A DNA stretch of 64,000 nucleotides from Corallochytrium limacisporum Hawaii (Eukaryota > Protista > Pluriformea): positions 190,519 through 254,518 of the forward strand of contig PDIP01000051.1 of assembly GCA_002811645.1 (NCBI GenBank), in the 5' to 3' direction. Positions within the stretch are counted from its first letter, which is position 1; each line of letters starts with the position of its first letter. A program made the translations under genes and the position numbers. The notes under the pieces were generated by a model. It was not told the DNA's origin, did not search any database, and worked only from the letters and a program-made list of their open reading frames with translations. Shown here piece after piece: positions 44,812-55,973 of this stretch.

Positions 44812-44878
44812 ATGTGATGACTATGAAATGTTCAGAAAATGTGAATGTGTATATGTGATGACTATGAAATGTTCAGAA
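44812..44878. repeat. 26-bp perfect direct repeat ATGTGATGACTATGAAATGTTCAGAA (44812-44837, 44853-44878)
   Basis: Two identical copies separated by 15 nt. Confidence 0.9.
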
Positions 44879-44945
44879 GATGTGGTCTTGTGTTGGTAGA
44901 GATGTTGTGCTCATGTTTTGTGTAGCTATGCACCTGAGAGAACCG

Positions 44946-46097
44946 TTAGTACCGATCCTTCTTGCTCAGCAGGGGAAGCGGACTAGATGGCGTCGTGCTG
45001 CGAGCCCTGCTGCGTCCTCGCATAAAGGCCTGTCCATTCTGGCTGAAGACAACTAGTGCGACGAACAGTACGGCAAAGATGAACAGTACCAAAGGCTGGT
45101 AATGACGGGCGCAGTTGCGAACAAACGCTTCGTGCATCATGCTGCTATAGACGGCATCAAGGGCCGGATAAGCCGCAGAGACAACGTTCGATAGCAGCTG
45201 ATCCGTGGGATTGTAGGCGGAAAAGCAGTGCTCATTCCCACGATGTTCCAAATTCATCCAGGTACCCAGGAAGATGTAGCGGCTATTGGGGCTATTGCGT
45301 TTGAGAGCTGCAACGATGGGGTCAATAGCATCGTCCAGCTGCTTCTGACCAGCAGGTTCTAATCCCGTGGGTCCACCCTTGATGTAATAGTCCGTCAGTG
45401 CTCCAACGCGATCCACTACGTGCTTAGTTACAGGGTCCCCGGAATGGCGGCCAATGCCCTCATAGCCCGATTGCAAGAAGACGACAAAGTCAGGTTGTAG
45501 ATCTCTCAGTATCGTCTCAATTGGAGACACGTCGGCACGACCAGCCGGGTCCCACATAGCAGCCTTGTTCTGGCACATGTCTCCATGAGCGACCTCGACG
45601 TCGTGGCGAATGTCCGGGTCGACAACTGGAATGAAATAAAGCTGCAAAGTACTCAGAATGCTATGTCCGTATCGCTGAGCTTCCTGGCCCCTATGCTTTA
45701 TCGTCTCCAGAGGACGGGTCAGTGCAGTGAACACAAGCTCACTAGTCATGAATTCGTGCCCGTGAAGACCGCCAAAGATGACAACTTTTGGTTTCGCGCG
45801 AGGCATGGCAAGGTCCATAAGGGTACCCGCCATACTGCGCTTTTCACTGATTGGAGAGTTAAGGCGCTCAAATGGGTCACTCAGCTCAACCACGGGCACA
45901 GGCCGTCCAGCCCTACTCTTGTAGGCCCCAGCAACGCGAACTAGATCTGGCGAATCCCTGAGGATTTTGTCCATTTCCTCCCCCAGCTCTGCAAGTCGGT
46001 GGTACCGAGAATATGTAGGAGCATATTGGGTCTCACCATTGGCCACGGAGGCCATGGCCACTAAAAGTGTGGCGATTAACATGAATATAACCTTCAT
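44946..46097 (-). CDS. M14 zinc-carboxypeptidase-like type I membrane protein, probably catalytically degenerate
   Basis: Signal peptide; SRAGRPVPVVEL, GGLHGHEFMTSE (HxxE), YFIPVVDPD, C-terminal TM. Confidence 0.78.
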   Translation of the reverse strand: MKVIFMLIATLLVAMASVANGETQYAPTYSRYHRLAELGEEMDKILRDSPDLVRVAGAYKSRAGRPVPVVELSDPFERLNSPISEKRSMAGTLMDLAMPRAKPKVVIFGGLHGHEFMTSELVFTALTRPLETIKHRGQEAQRYGHSILSTLQLYFIPVVDPDIRHDVEVAHGDMCQNKAAMWDPAGRADVSPIETILRDLQPDFVVFLQSGYEGIGRHSGDPVTKHVVDRVGALTDYYIKGGPTGLEPAGQKQLDDAIDPIVAALKRNSPNSRYIFLGTWMNLEHRGNEHCFSAYNPTDQLLSNVVSAAYPALDAVYSSMMHEAFVRNCARHYQPLVLFIFAVLFVALVVFSQNGQAFMRGRSRARSTTPSSPLPLLSKKDRY

Positions 46098-49000
46098 GAT
46101 ATGTGTTCTGTTGCCTCCTAATTTCTTCTTTTTTGTAAGTTGTGAAACTTCCGCCGAGTGTTTCCAGGGATGTTAGTGCAATTACCCGGGGTCCCTCTGT
46201 ATCTGATAGGGTTCTCTAATTTGCCGGTCCTTCTCGAAGCGATACAACCATGTACGCTTTGAAGAGCCCTTTATGTTAAGGCAACCTGTAAGGCTGTACA
46301 CTATCATTCAACAGCAATCGCCACAAGGGTGCTGATCACACCTTTGAATTACCTAAACAATTCCTTCGATAGTTCACCAGAGTTCTTCTCGTGCCTCGAA
46401 ACAGAACGCAGAACACAGTCAAAGGCAGAAAACAGAAGGAACCACACCGAGCAACAAAACCGGGAACGCGCACCGACAAGAGAAGGGCTCACCACAACAG
46501 GGAACGGCCTTGGTATGCCCTTTTGTGTCGTTCGTGGCGCACTGACATACTCACACTGCGGGTAGAGTCGTCACGATTCCCCCAATTTGTCGTTCTCTTT
46601 CGCTTCGGGAAACCCGAGGTAATATTTTTTGCCACCTCCCACACCCACCAACCCCTCCTAAACTTTCTGTGTTTGAGACCCAGGACCTTTTTCTTTTCTT
46701 TTTTTTTTCCTTCTTCGTCCCTTCCTTTTTGCCCGAAAGGCTCCAGGGTCGCCCTCCTGCAGCAAGAGTGGAGCCGGTCGTCGCTCTCCCTATCGATCTC
46801 TCGAGTCCCCCCCCCGTCCACTGTACACCGGTCCTATACACAATTCAAGCACAAACACATTCCACCCCCTCCCCCCCCCTTTTTTCGCTTTCACCGTTTT
46901 CTAAGCTCTTCGGTTATTGTTTTCGCGAGGGTCCCGGGTCGCGTCTTTTGTCTTTCCTCATTTCCTCACCTGCGTGTTTCTTGTGAACTGCCGCAAAGAA
47001 TTTGCCCAAAAGGAGCTGCCCGCACAATGCGAACTGCCACTGGGAACAGCCGCTGTGGGGGTAGGGGGGAAGGGGGAGGGAGAGGATGGGAGGAGCGCCA
47101 AACTGGGCGATGGCGCCGCGTTCGGACACACCACCGTCGCTGCACCAGAGCGCCTTCCGCCTCAGTGGAAAAAAAACTCCGTCTCTCTTAGCTTACCAAT
47201 TTTTCCGTGACCACGTCCCGCTCGCCAGGGGTGGGGTGGTGGTGGTAGTCTCTCTCCTGTTCTCTCCCCCCCCCCAACCCGGACTCTCTCTCTCTCTCTC
47301 CTCTTCCTCCGGACGGGAGTTTTTCTTTTTTCAGACGGTAAGCTCCCTTGGGTATGGTACGGCCAAGCACAGTGTTGAAAGCATGGAGGTCTTGTAACAA
47401 CCCCGGAGTGTCGGGAAATTGGCAACCAAAGGGAACAAGAAAAAGGAAGACCAAAAATGCAGCAAAGGGGGAGGGCGGGAAGGGGGCGACCGAATTTGGT
47501 TAGGCGATTGGGCACTGGGTCGCTAGGACAGAGCGGAGTCTGTAGAGAGACAGGGAGAGAGGAAGCGGGAAAAGTGGAGGTGAGACCAAAAGGCCAAGGA
47601 GGTGAGAACCCGTGTGTGCGGAGACAACCAAGAACTCCCCGGGGCTGAACACCTGCCAATTAAAATTGAGGCGTACTTCATCCGCCTTCCTCTCCGTCTT
47701 CTCCGTTTTGGCTGCACCTGGTACTGTATATATAGACGGCGCGATCGTGGACAAGCTGGGTTGGGCATGTGCAGGATGTGTGATGAGAGTCTGCTCTCTT
47801 GGTCACATTTTTTTTTTCGTTTTTGCCTTTCTTTTTTTTCGGGGCCCTTCCCTTTTAGGGGCAAAGGGCGGGGGAAGGGAGGGAATTCTTGAAATCTTTG
47901 CGGTGGTGGTAAGCCGGCTAAACCAAACAAATTGGAATTCATTTCGTTTGGGAGCCCCGGAGAGCAGGGAGCAAAGTATACCACCACCACAAGCTCAGAC
48001 ATGCTCATGCCTTGCCTCTCGTTTAAATTGCCCTCGTTTCTTGTCAGGTAAGCATGCTTGATGAATGTGTTTTGGTTGTCCAAAGACTACTCCACCGTTT
48101 CTCCTCTGAATCGTGCTCAAAACAGGGCCGCAGATTGGTGGTCGGTCGCGTTGCATTTGTTTTCATATCAACCGGATTCCCAGCTAAAGAGAACCTTCCC
48201 CTGGGAGGTCCGCACCACCGCTTACGACAATGTTCCCAGCAAACTGACTGGTAGTGGTCATCAATTCACACGGGTCACTAACACCCATCCTGTGCGCAAT
48301 TTTAATTCATATGTTAATGAATTAATGCCTTACCTAGGACTTCGAAGTGAGTACCTTCTTCACCACCAACTTTTTTTTTCCATTACGTCCGATGCCCTGC
48401 TGTGCGGTCGTCCCAGATCTGGTGATACAATAATTCAGTGAACATGAATGTATAGAAGAGAGTGTTTCTTTTTTTTTTTTGTGAACGCCCCCCTCTCCGT
48501 TATTTTTTTTTTTGCACTCAACCGTGCACTTCCGGGACACACCCCTAGCACTCAAGCCCCCGCTTTGGCCCCCCGTAACCGCCCCATTGTGGCCACGGAT
48601 GGTAAACGATTTGACGGAAAAGGTTCGCGATCGGTCGGGTGTGAGCACATGCGGTGATGAAGGAAGTGTGGAAACTCCTGGAACCGCTGGCCCATTTTCC
48701 TTGGTACGTGGGCACATCTCGTAATTGGGCCAACAATCTCATCACCCGCCACAGGAGTTGCACTAGCGCTTTGTCCAAGGTCAGCTGAAGGGCTAAATTT
48801 GTCTCATTACAACACATCTCGCACCTATCGTTCAACGCTACAATGTAATGTGAAGACGAAAAAAAATTGAAGTGTTGATGGACACTTGAAGTGTAGGAAA
48901 ACGTAGCCGCCATGGAGCATGCCGAGCACGCAAGTAAACACTTTCTGGTGCTCTACTGGTCGCGAGCATGTTTACGTATCCCAACAGTAGCAACTCTTTA

Positions 49001-50697
49001 TCGGTTATCGGACGCGTGGAGGAACAAGTGAGGGGCGCAAACTTGCTCTGCGATCTCATCTCGTTCATCTTTTGCGATAAATAACACCAAAATCTTCCTC
49101 ATGGCTTCGTCCTGCGTGACCCTCCCTCCACTCCGATCGCACCTGAAAACGCCTGTGACATCAAAGGCGCAATAAACCAAGTTATGGGATGAACGGGGTC
49201 GTGCGGAACGCAAAAAGTTGGTGAAAAAACCGCGGATTCTGTGCGCGCGATTGTACTATGAGATGGCTCCGCTCACTCGTCAGTTTTTCCAGTCCAGTCG
49301 CCTTCTGTTGTCACGCAGTGTTTTGTGACAGGAACCCCGAAAGCCCAGGATGGACACCAAGACCTCTGTGCACATCCACCAAATAACCGAAAGGGGCCGG
49401 GGCGGAAGCTTTCTTGTCGCAGCGGAGGCGTTCTCCACCGTTCCTTTTCTTTACCCAAAAGTAAAAGAATAACATGGAACCCTCCCGCAAGAGAACCCCT
49501 GTACAAACCGAAACACAATGTAGGCAGAGAGGGAGGGGAGGGGTGCCCGGGTGGACGGACCCCTGTCGCTTAGAATACGGTAGGGGTCCGGTCCCATGGA
49601 ATTAAGGAATCGAAGGGAATACTACCCATTGCCCTTTTATGGCCAAATTCTGAAAGAACCAGAGCAACGGGAGCGAATGGTGAGCAGAGGGGGGGGGGAG
49701 AGAGGGGAGGAAGAAGTGAAAGAGCGAGGGAGTGGCACACTCCCCCCTCTACCCAAGGCGAGGCCAGGAGGGCAGTCTTTTTTTTAAATCGTGCCGTAGA
49801 GAGCAAGAGCAAAACATAGCAAAACGGGGCGGAAAGTGGAAGAAATGTTAAAAAGAATTTCCGGTAACGAAGTAACCTTGGCGAACACCCCGCACCGCGC
49901 ATACTTTCTTTCTTTTTGGGTTTGCAGAAACGGCAGGTGGAAGAGTGGAGAGCCCTGGATTATCTTTTTTGTCACGAGCTCACCGGGGTGGTAACCGTTG
50001 GTACGGGTGCGGAGGGGGGGTGTTATGGAACAGGACGTTGCGTTGCAGTCTTGGGAACGTCGTGCAAGGCGAGATTTTCCAAAACCCGAGTCTCAGTGGT
50101 TTGCACCCAATGGGCTCGGTTTCCAATCTCGGTACTGTACGGTACAGGGTCATCATCGACCAAGGGGAAACGCTGATGAGGACCAACAAGCCAACTAGGA
50201 AACAACAAGGCAAAAATTTGCGGGTGTACCATGCCAGCCTAAATCGCCGATGAGATCTGCAGTGGAGGCCAATTAAGGCCCCCGGCATTTGACCCATTTT
50301 ATATACGGAATTATAAGGCCAAAAATATTGGGAAATGTTGACGTCCTTGAAATTATCACTAGACCTGCGATACGTACCCACAATTATCAAAGGTGTACGT
50401 ACAGATATAATTATACGGAACTATTTTAATATTGAGCGGGTGGTTTTGCTGTTTTTGAAGAAACTGCGCCAGAGCGGTCTGCTGCTAAACCGTCAGTAGC
50501 GACGAGGCATGAGATGGTCTCGCACCGTTGTTTAGGATGCCCTCGTTTGGCTATTTCCTCATTCTGCAGTCATCATGGCTTCATGTTAACAGGAATGCCT
50601 AGTCGGCAATTACGACAACGTGTAGACACTGCATTCGACCCGAAGCGAGTGAACAAGAACGAGCACGAACCAAAGCAGTGAGTCTCCAATCATCACA

Positions 50698-52566
50698 ATG
50701 GATGGCTTGCGACTGGACGACCTGGTCAAGGAAGCGGAACAATTCCTCAACTATAGCATTCATGAAGAGGACAATAAGTTAGTACAGGAGCTGATTGATA
50801 GCAAGGATGAAGCTCAGCTGCGCAAACTGTTCGAGGGCCGCATACAGTTTGGCACCGCCGGACTGCGGTCACGTATGGGACCGGGATGGACCGCCATGAA
50901 CGATGTGACCGTGCTGCAGACCACACAGGGACTAGCCAAGTACATGGTGGAATACTACAGCACTAAGATGGATAAGAATGACATCAAGGTAGCAGTGGGA
51001 TACGACGGACGGCACCGCAGTCGAAGGTTTGCTGAGATCACTGCCTACACTTTTGCTCGCTACGGGTTGAAGGTTATGATGTACTCGCAGATGACACCTA
51101 CACCTTTGCTGGCCTGGGCCGTCAAACATCTGAAGTGCAGTGGAGGCGTCATGGTGACGGCATCACACAACCCTAAGGATGACAACGGATACAAGCTCTA
51201 TTGGGGCAATGGTGCACAAATTGTCAGCCCCATCGATTCCGGGGTTCAGGCCAAGATCATGGAAAGTCTCATCCCAGACGAAAAGTGTTGGCCTATGGGC
51301 AAGGGTGACGTCCTAGAGGGTAATCCAAATATCACTCCAATTCCGCAAGAAGTGATCACGGAGTACTTCACCACTCTGAAGCAAACTTTGCACTTCCACG
51401 ACAACCCGTACAAACCTGCGGCAGAGAGCAACGGAACTACTGACGGGGAGAAGGCGACAGCGACTGCGGGTCAGCCGCTGAAAATTTGCTATACAGCTAT
51501 GCATGGAGTGGGCACACCGTTTGCACGCCAGGCCACTGAGGCATTTAATCTAAAGCCGCTGGTGGAAGTACCGGAGCAGGCTGACCCAGACGCGGAGTTC
51601 CCCACGGTGACCTTCCCCAACCCAGAGGAAGGCACGAGTGCTCTGAATCTGGCAATGAAGCGAGCTGAAGCCGAGGGATGTCGTGTTATTTTGGCAAACG
51701 ATCCGGATGCGGATCGTCTAGCGGTTGCAGAACTGGATTCCTCCGGCAAGTGGAAGGTCTTCACGGGAAACGAGATTGGCATCCTCTTTGGCGGATATCT
51801 GTGGGCAAACTCCAGCAAATTCGGTGTTTCTTCGCCAGATCAAGCTATCATGCTGGCCAGTGCAGTGAGCAGCAAGATGTTAGAGGCAATGGCTAAGAAG
51901 GAAGGCTTCAAATTCGCCGAGACGCTGACGGGGTTCAAATGGATCGCAAACGGCGCGATCACGGCGCGCGAACAGGACGGCTTGGTTCCCTTGTTTGCCT
52001 TCGAGGAGGCCATTGGCTTTATGTGCTCTGACATGGTCCTTGATAAGGACGGCATCAGTGCTCTGGCTTGTATGGCAGAGTACGCTACACAAGTTTATGC
52101 CCAGCAGCGCACACTGCAAAGCGAACTGGAGACCTTATACGCAAGGTATGGGTTCTTCACGTCCTACAACTCCTACGTCATCAGCCACGATTCAAACAAA
52201 ACCAATGCTGCCTTCAATGCGATCCGTGCCAATGAGGAGTATCCGAAGATAATCAACGGTCGGGAGGTTAAGTTTGTGCGCGATCTTACTACTGGCTATG
52301 ACAATGCCCAACCGGACAAGAAGGCAATTCTGCCAACGTCAACGTCATCGAACATGATCACGTTCAGTTTCATCGGTGGGTTGATATTGACGCTGCGCAC
52401 TTCTGGCACCGAGCCAAAAATCAAGTGGTACTCGGAGAAACGGTTGCCGGGTGCTGCGAGAGAAGAGTGGGCAGGCGCCGAGGAAAGCCTGAAAGAAGAG
52501 GTCAACGGCATGATTGAAGAACTCCTGAAACCAACAGAGTACGGCTTTCAGCGCCGTGCAGAATGA
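50698..52566 (+). CDS. PGM2: Phosphoglucomutase 2 / phosphopentomutase
   Basis: FGTAGLR, MVTASHNPKDDNGYK, ANDPDADR, FEEAIG, RTSGTEPKIKWY. Confidence 0.96.
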   Translation: MDGLRLDDLVKEAEQFLNYSIHEEDNKLVQELIDSKDEAQLRKLFEGRIQFGTAGLRSRMGPGWTAMNDVTVLQTTQGLAKYMVEYYSTKMDKNDIKVAVGYDGRHRSRRFAEITAYTFARYGLKVMMYSQMTPTPLLAWAVKHLKCSGGVMVTASHNPKDDNGYKLYWGNGAQIVSPIDSGVQAKIMESLIPDEKCWPMGKGDVLEGNPNITPIPQEVITEYFTTLKQTLHFHDNPYKPAAESNGTTDGEKATATAGQPLKICYTAMHGVGTPFARQATEAFNLKPLVEVPEQADPDAEFPTVTFPNPEEGTSALNLAMKRAEAEGCRVILANDPDADRLAVAELDSSGKWKVFTGNEIGILFGGYLWANSSKFGVSSPDQAIMLASAVSSKMLEAMAKKEGFKFAETLTGFKWIANGAITAREQDGLVPLFAFEEAIGFMCSDMVLDKDGISALACMAEYATQVYAQQRTLQSELETLYARYGFFTSYNSYVISHDSNKTNAAFNAIRANEEYPKIINGREVKFVRDLTTGYDNAQPDKKAILPTSTSSNMITFSFIGGLILTLRTSGTEPKIKWYSEKRLPGAAREEWAGAEESLKEEVNGMIEELLKPTEYGFQRRAE

Positions 52567-53416
52567 AGCAAATAGATCAAATAGAGTCCAACAAACACAT
52601 AAAGCAATCAGTAAGCCCTAGCACATCATCATCATTGTCACTGGAGACCAAAGCTGGTGATGAGAAGCGCCAATAGCAGACACCACCGGTGGCGATGTCG
52701 CAGCTCTCCCCTTTCGTCCGGACAAGGCAGTGACCCACTGAGTAGATCCCGCAGTGCCCCACGCTAAGAGGGCCGGGGTGACGACATCAACTTACACGGG
52801 GGCCTAATTTTCACAAACCCCTCAGCTGGGTTCCCAAAAAAATTAAACGGTCCGTCCAAAACACCACCCCCCCCCCTTTTCCCTTCCTTTTTGCTTCCCC
52901 TCCCCCAAAACTTCCCGTTTCTTTTTTCTCTCCACTCTCCCTTCTTTTCCCTGTGTTGTTTATTCTTTTTCGCTTGGAGGGGTGGAGACCCAGGTAGAAG
53001 TACCAGCGGCCCACGATACCAATCATCCGCTTGTTTTTTCGTTTTCGACTTTCCTGCAGCAAGCGTTTCCCCTGACCGTGGGCAGGAGGGGAAGAAATAA
53101 AACACGACCGAACAACAGCCACGGGGGTACCGGGCGAGCACGCACACGCACGATCGGCAAGAGTCACCCACCCGACTGGGGGCATTGTCCCTATCCCGGT
53201 CTGTCCAGTCACAGGTCGTCGATCAGTCGTACCTCCTGGAATGCAGTGAAGGGTCGAGTAGGTTGTGATGCTGCGGTGTATGACGTGTGAATTGGGCGGC
53301 CGCGTTCTAACCTCTCTGCTGGTACATGAGACTATTGGGTGCGGGAAACCCGTTCTGTGGTAACAAAGCATATGCTTGGATTTCGATCACTAGCGCAGAA
53401 CATACGGAAAGCAACC

Positions 53417-54670
53417 ATGGCCCTGTCCAGTAAATTGAGTCTCAAGGACCTTGATGTCCCGGGTAAGCGCGTTCTGATGCGTGCTGACTTCAACGTTCCT
53501 CTGAAGGACGGTGAAATTACCAACACTGCCCGCATTGAGGCCACCTTGCCCGCCATCAAAGAGTGCCTAGACCGCAAGGCCAAGTGCGTGATCCTCATGA
53601 GCCATCTGGGACGTCCGAACGGTCAGAAGAAGCCCGAACTGAGCCTGAAGCCCGTCGCGGAGGCTCTGAAGAAGTTCCTGGACAAGGATGTACAGTTCCT
53701 GAGCGACTGTGTCGGACCCGAGGTTGAGAAGGCTTGTGCGGACCCTCAGGACGGATCTGTGATCCTTCTTGAGAACCTCCGTTTCCACATCGAAGAAGAG
53801 GGTAAGGGAGTTGATGCCGACGGCAACAAGGTCAAGGCAGACGCCGCTGCAGTGGATGCCTTCCGCGCTTCCCTGACTAAGCTCTGTGATGTCTTCGTCA
53901 ACGATGCTTTCGGCACTGCCCACCGGGCCCACTCTTCTATGGTCGGCGTTAAGGTTGACAAGCGTGCCGCGGGTCCCCTGATGAAGAAGGAGCTGGATTC
54001 CTTTGCTAAGGTGCTGGAAAATCCTCAGCGCCCATTCCTGGCCATCCTTGGTGGTGCCAAGATTAGCGACAAGATCCAGCTGATCGACAACCTGCTGGAC
54101 AAGGTCAACCTAATGATCATTGGTGGCGGTATGGCCTTTACTTTCAAAAAGGTCATCGACAATATGAAGATCGGTGGTTCTTTGTTTGATGAGGAGGGTA
54201 GCAAGATTGTCACCAAGCTGATGGAGAAGGCCAAGGCGAACAATGTCGAGATAGTCCTGCCCACCGATTTTGTCACCGCCTCTAAGTTTGCTGAGGATGC
54301 CGAGGTCGGTGCCGCTACGGATAAGGACGGTATCCCTGACGGCTGGATGGGCCTGGATGTCGGCCCTGAATCCAACAAGGCCTTCGCCGAGACCATCAAG
54401 AAGGCGAAGACCATCATTTGGAACGGCCCCCCCGGTGTTTTTGAGTTCGCGAACTTTGCTGCGGGATCCAAGTGTATGCTGGATGCAATTCTGGAAGCCA
54501 CTGAGGGCGGTGCCACTTCCGTGGTTGGCGGTGGCGACACTGCCACCGTGGCCAAGAAATACAAGGCCACTGACAAGTTTAGCCACGTTTCCACCGGAGG
54601 TGGCGCTTCTCTGGAGCTGCTCGAGGGTAAGGATTTGCCCGGTGTGTCCGCCCTCAGCGACAAGAGCTGA
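53417..54670 (+). CDS. PGK1: Phosphoglycerate kinase
   Basis: [52 protein letters not shown]. In-frame upstream ATG at 53372; in-frame extension after the TGA to 54706. Confidence 0.99.
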   Translation: MALSSKLSLKDLDVPGKRVLMRADFNVPLKDGEITNTARIEATLPAIKECLDRKAKCVILMSHLGRPNGQKKPELSLKPVAEALKKFLDKDVQFLSDCVGPEVEKACADPQDGSVILLENLRFHIEEEGKGVDADGNKVKADAAAVDAFRASLTKLCDVFVNDAFGTAHRAHSSMVGVKVDKRAAGPLMKKELDSFAKVLENPQRPFLAILGGAKISDKIQLIDNLLDKVNLMIIGGGMAFTFKKVIDNMKIGGSLFDEEGSKIVTKLMEKAKANNVEIVLPTDFVTASKFAEDAEVGAATDKDGIPDGWMGLDVGPESNKAFAETIKKAKTIIWNGPPGVFEFANFAAGSKCMLDAILEATEGGATSVVGGGDTATVAKKYKATDKFSHVSTGGGASLELLEGKDLPGVSALSDKS

Positions 54671-55310
54671 ATATCCGTTGGCGGAAACTCCAAGCCGCGT
54701 TTGTAGATCGGGCTTGTTTCGGACCCAACATGATCACAGCGTCTTCCTCACATAATATTAAAACCCGTTTAACACCTGTTATGTATCAAATCTCCAACTT
54801 AGCACATTGGTCAGACACGGCTGCTGCAACAGGGCGCACGATGCCACACAGTTACCACCATGTTATTCACAATGGACCCCCCGTGTGTGCCAACCGTCGC
54901 GCTTGCGATGGGGGAATATTACACCCCCCCCCCTCCCCCTTTTCCCATCGGCATCGCTTCCCAAAAAGGGCAAAATCGAAGTAGAGGGTTCGTTCGCACC
55001 TCCCAGGGAAACCGTGGTACGCGGGTACTTCAAAAACAAAGAAAAAGACGAGGGAAGGACAATGGGGGAGTTCTATCCGGCCGTCTCGAGGCTTCGTACG
55101 AACGATCTTCCACAGTAACCTGATCGAAACGGGGTGGAAACTTGTCGTACCTCAACTCAGGACCAGGAATATAGACGTTTATTACTTCTACATATTTTCG
55201 GTACAGACAGATCCACGTACCCTTCAAAAGTCCCAAAGGGAAGGTCACAAACCGAATAGGAGTACTGGAAATACAACACTGGGGATTTAAGAATCGCGTA
55301 AAGGTTAAGC

Positions 55311-55973
55311 ATGGTCTACGAATATCGCAGTGCGATCCGCACTGGGACTGTGTTTGTCTTGCTCTTTGGCTCAGACTACATTATTCCTGAGGAGCTTTTC
55401 ACTGTGTACAAGGCTCAATTCGACCAAGCCTACCTGTGGGGCATCAGTTTAACTCTGGCCGTTGTTACGACCACGGTGATGCTCACCTACGCCTCCAAAA
55501 ACAACACCATGATCATGGCTCCGGACAATCCTAACGCTGAAGATGAAGACCACGATGAGGAGGTCAAACTGGTGCGTCAGAGTGCCTCCGATTACGACAA
55601 GTCGCTGGTGCCTAACTTTGTACGTCTGTATGTGATTGGTGGTATGATTACCTTCGGTCTGTTCACCATGGACCGTGCCGTTTTCAGTGCACTGATTCAG
55701 TGTACTGTTGTGCCGACCACGTTGCTCATGGAGCCCTTGGTCCTAAACCATCTACTCGGTGTCGGTATTGAACGTCCCTACAAGAAGCAGATTGGTCTCC
55801 TCTCTTTGATCGGGCGGGCATTCCACTACATGTACAAGGACCTGAAGGAGTCCATCGCTGATATCCGTGAGCAACTGGGCAAGATGGGCAATCAGCCAAA
55901 GAAGGGCAAGACCAAAGAGGAGAAGGCTGCAGCCCACAAGGCCGACAAGAAGGCCCGGAGTAAGAAGGCCTGA
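55311..55973 (+). CDS. PHO88/SND3-like ER membrane protein
   Basis: SDYD, then TM, then LIQ..P..L.EPLV..HLLG..ERPY pattern as in Pho88; lysine-rich C-terminal tail. Confidence 0.65.
   Translation: MVYEYRSAIRTGTVFVLLFGSDYIIPEELFTVYKAQFDQAYLWGISLTLAVVTTTVMLTYASKNNTMIMAPDNPNAEDEDHDEEVKLVRQSASDYDKSLVPNFVRLYVIGGMITFGLFTMDRAVFSALIQCTVVPTTLLMEPLVLNHLLGVGIERPYKKQIGLLSLIGRAFHYMYKDLKESIADIREQLGKMGNQPKKGKTKEEKAAAHKADKKARSKKA

Noticed and set aside
44812-44878. Direct repeat containing a box-C-like TGATGA as a snoRNA or CRISPR-like array
   Set aside because: Only two copies, no guide complementarity identified, eukaryotic context; most simply a local duplication in a 3' UTR
54627-54694. GTAAGG donor near the PGK 3' end as an alternative-splicing route to the PRL tail
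   Set aside because: Splicing to the AG at 54694 is out of frame with PRL and would delete the conserved GKxLPGV segment
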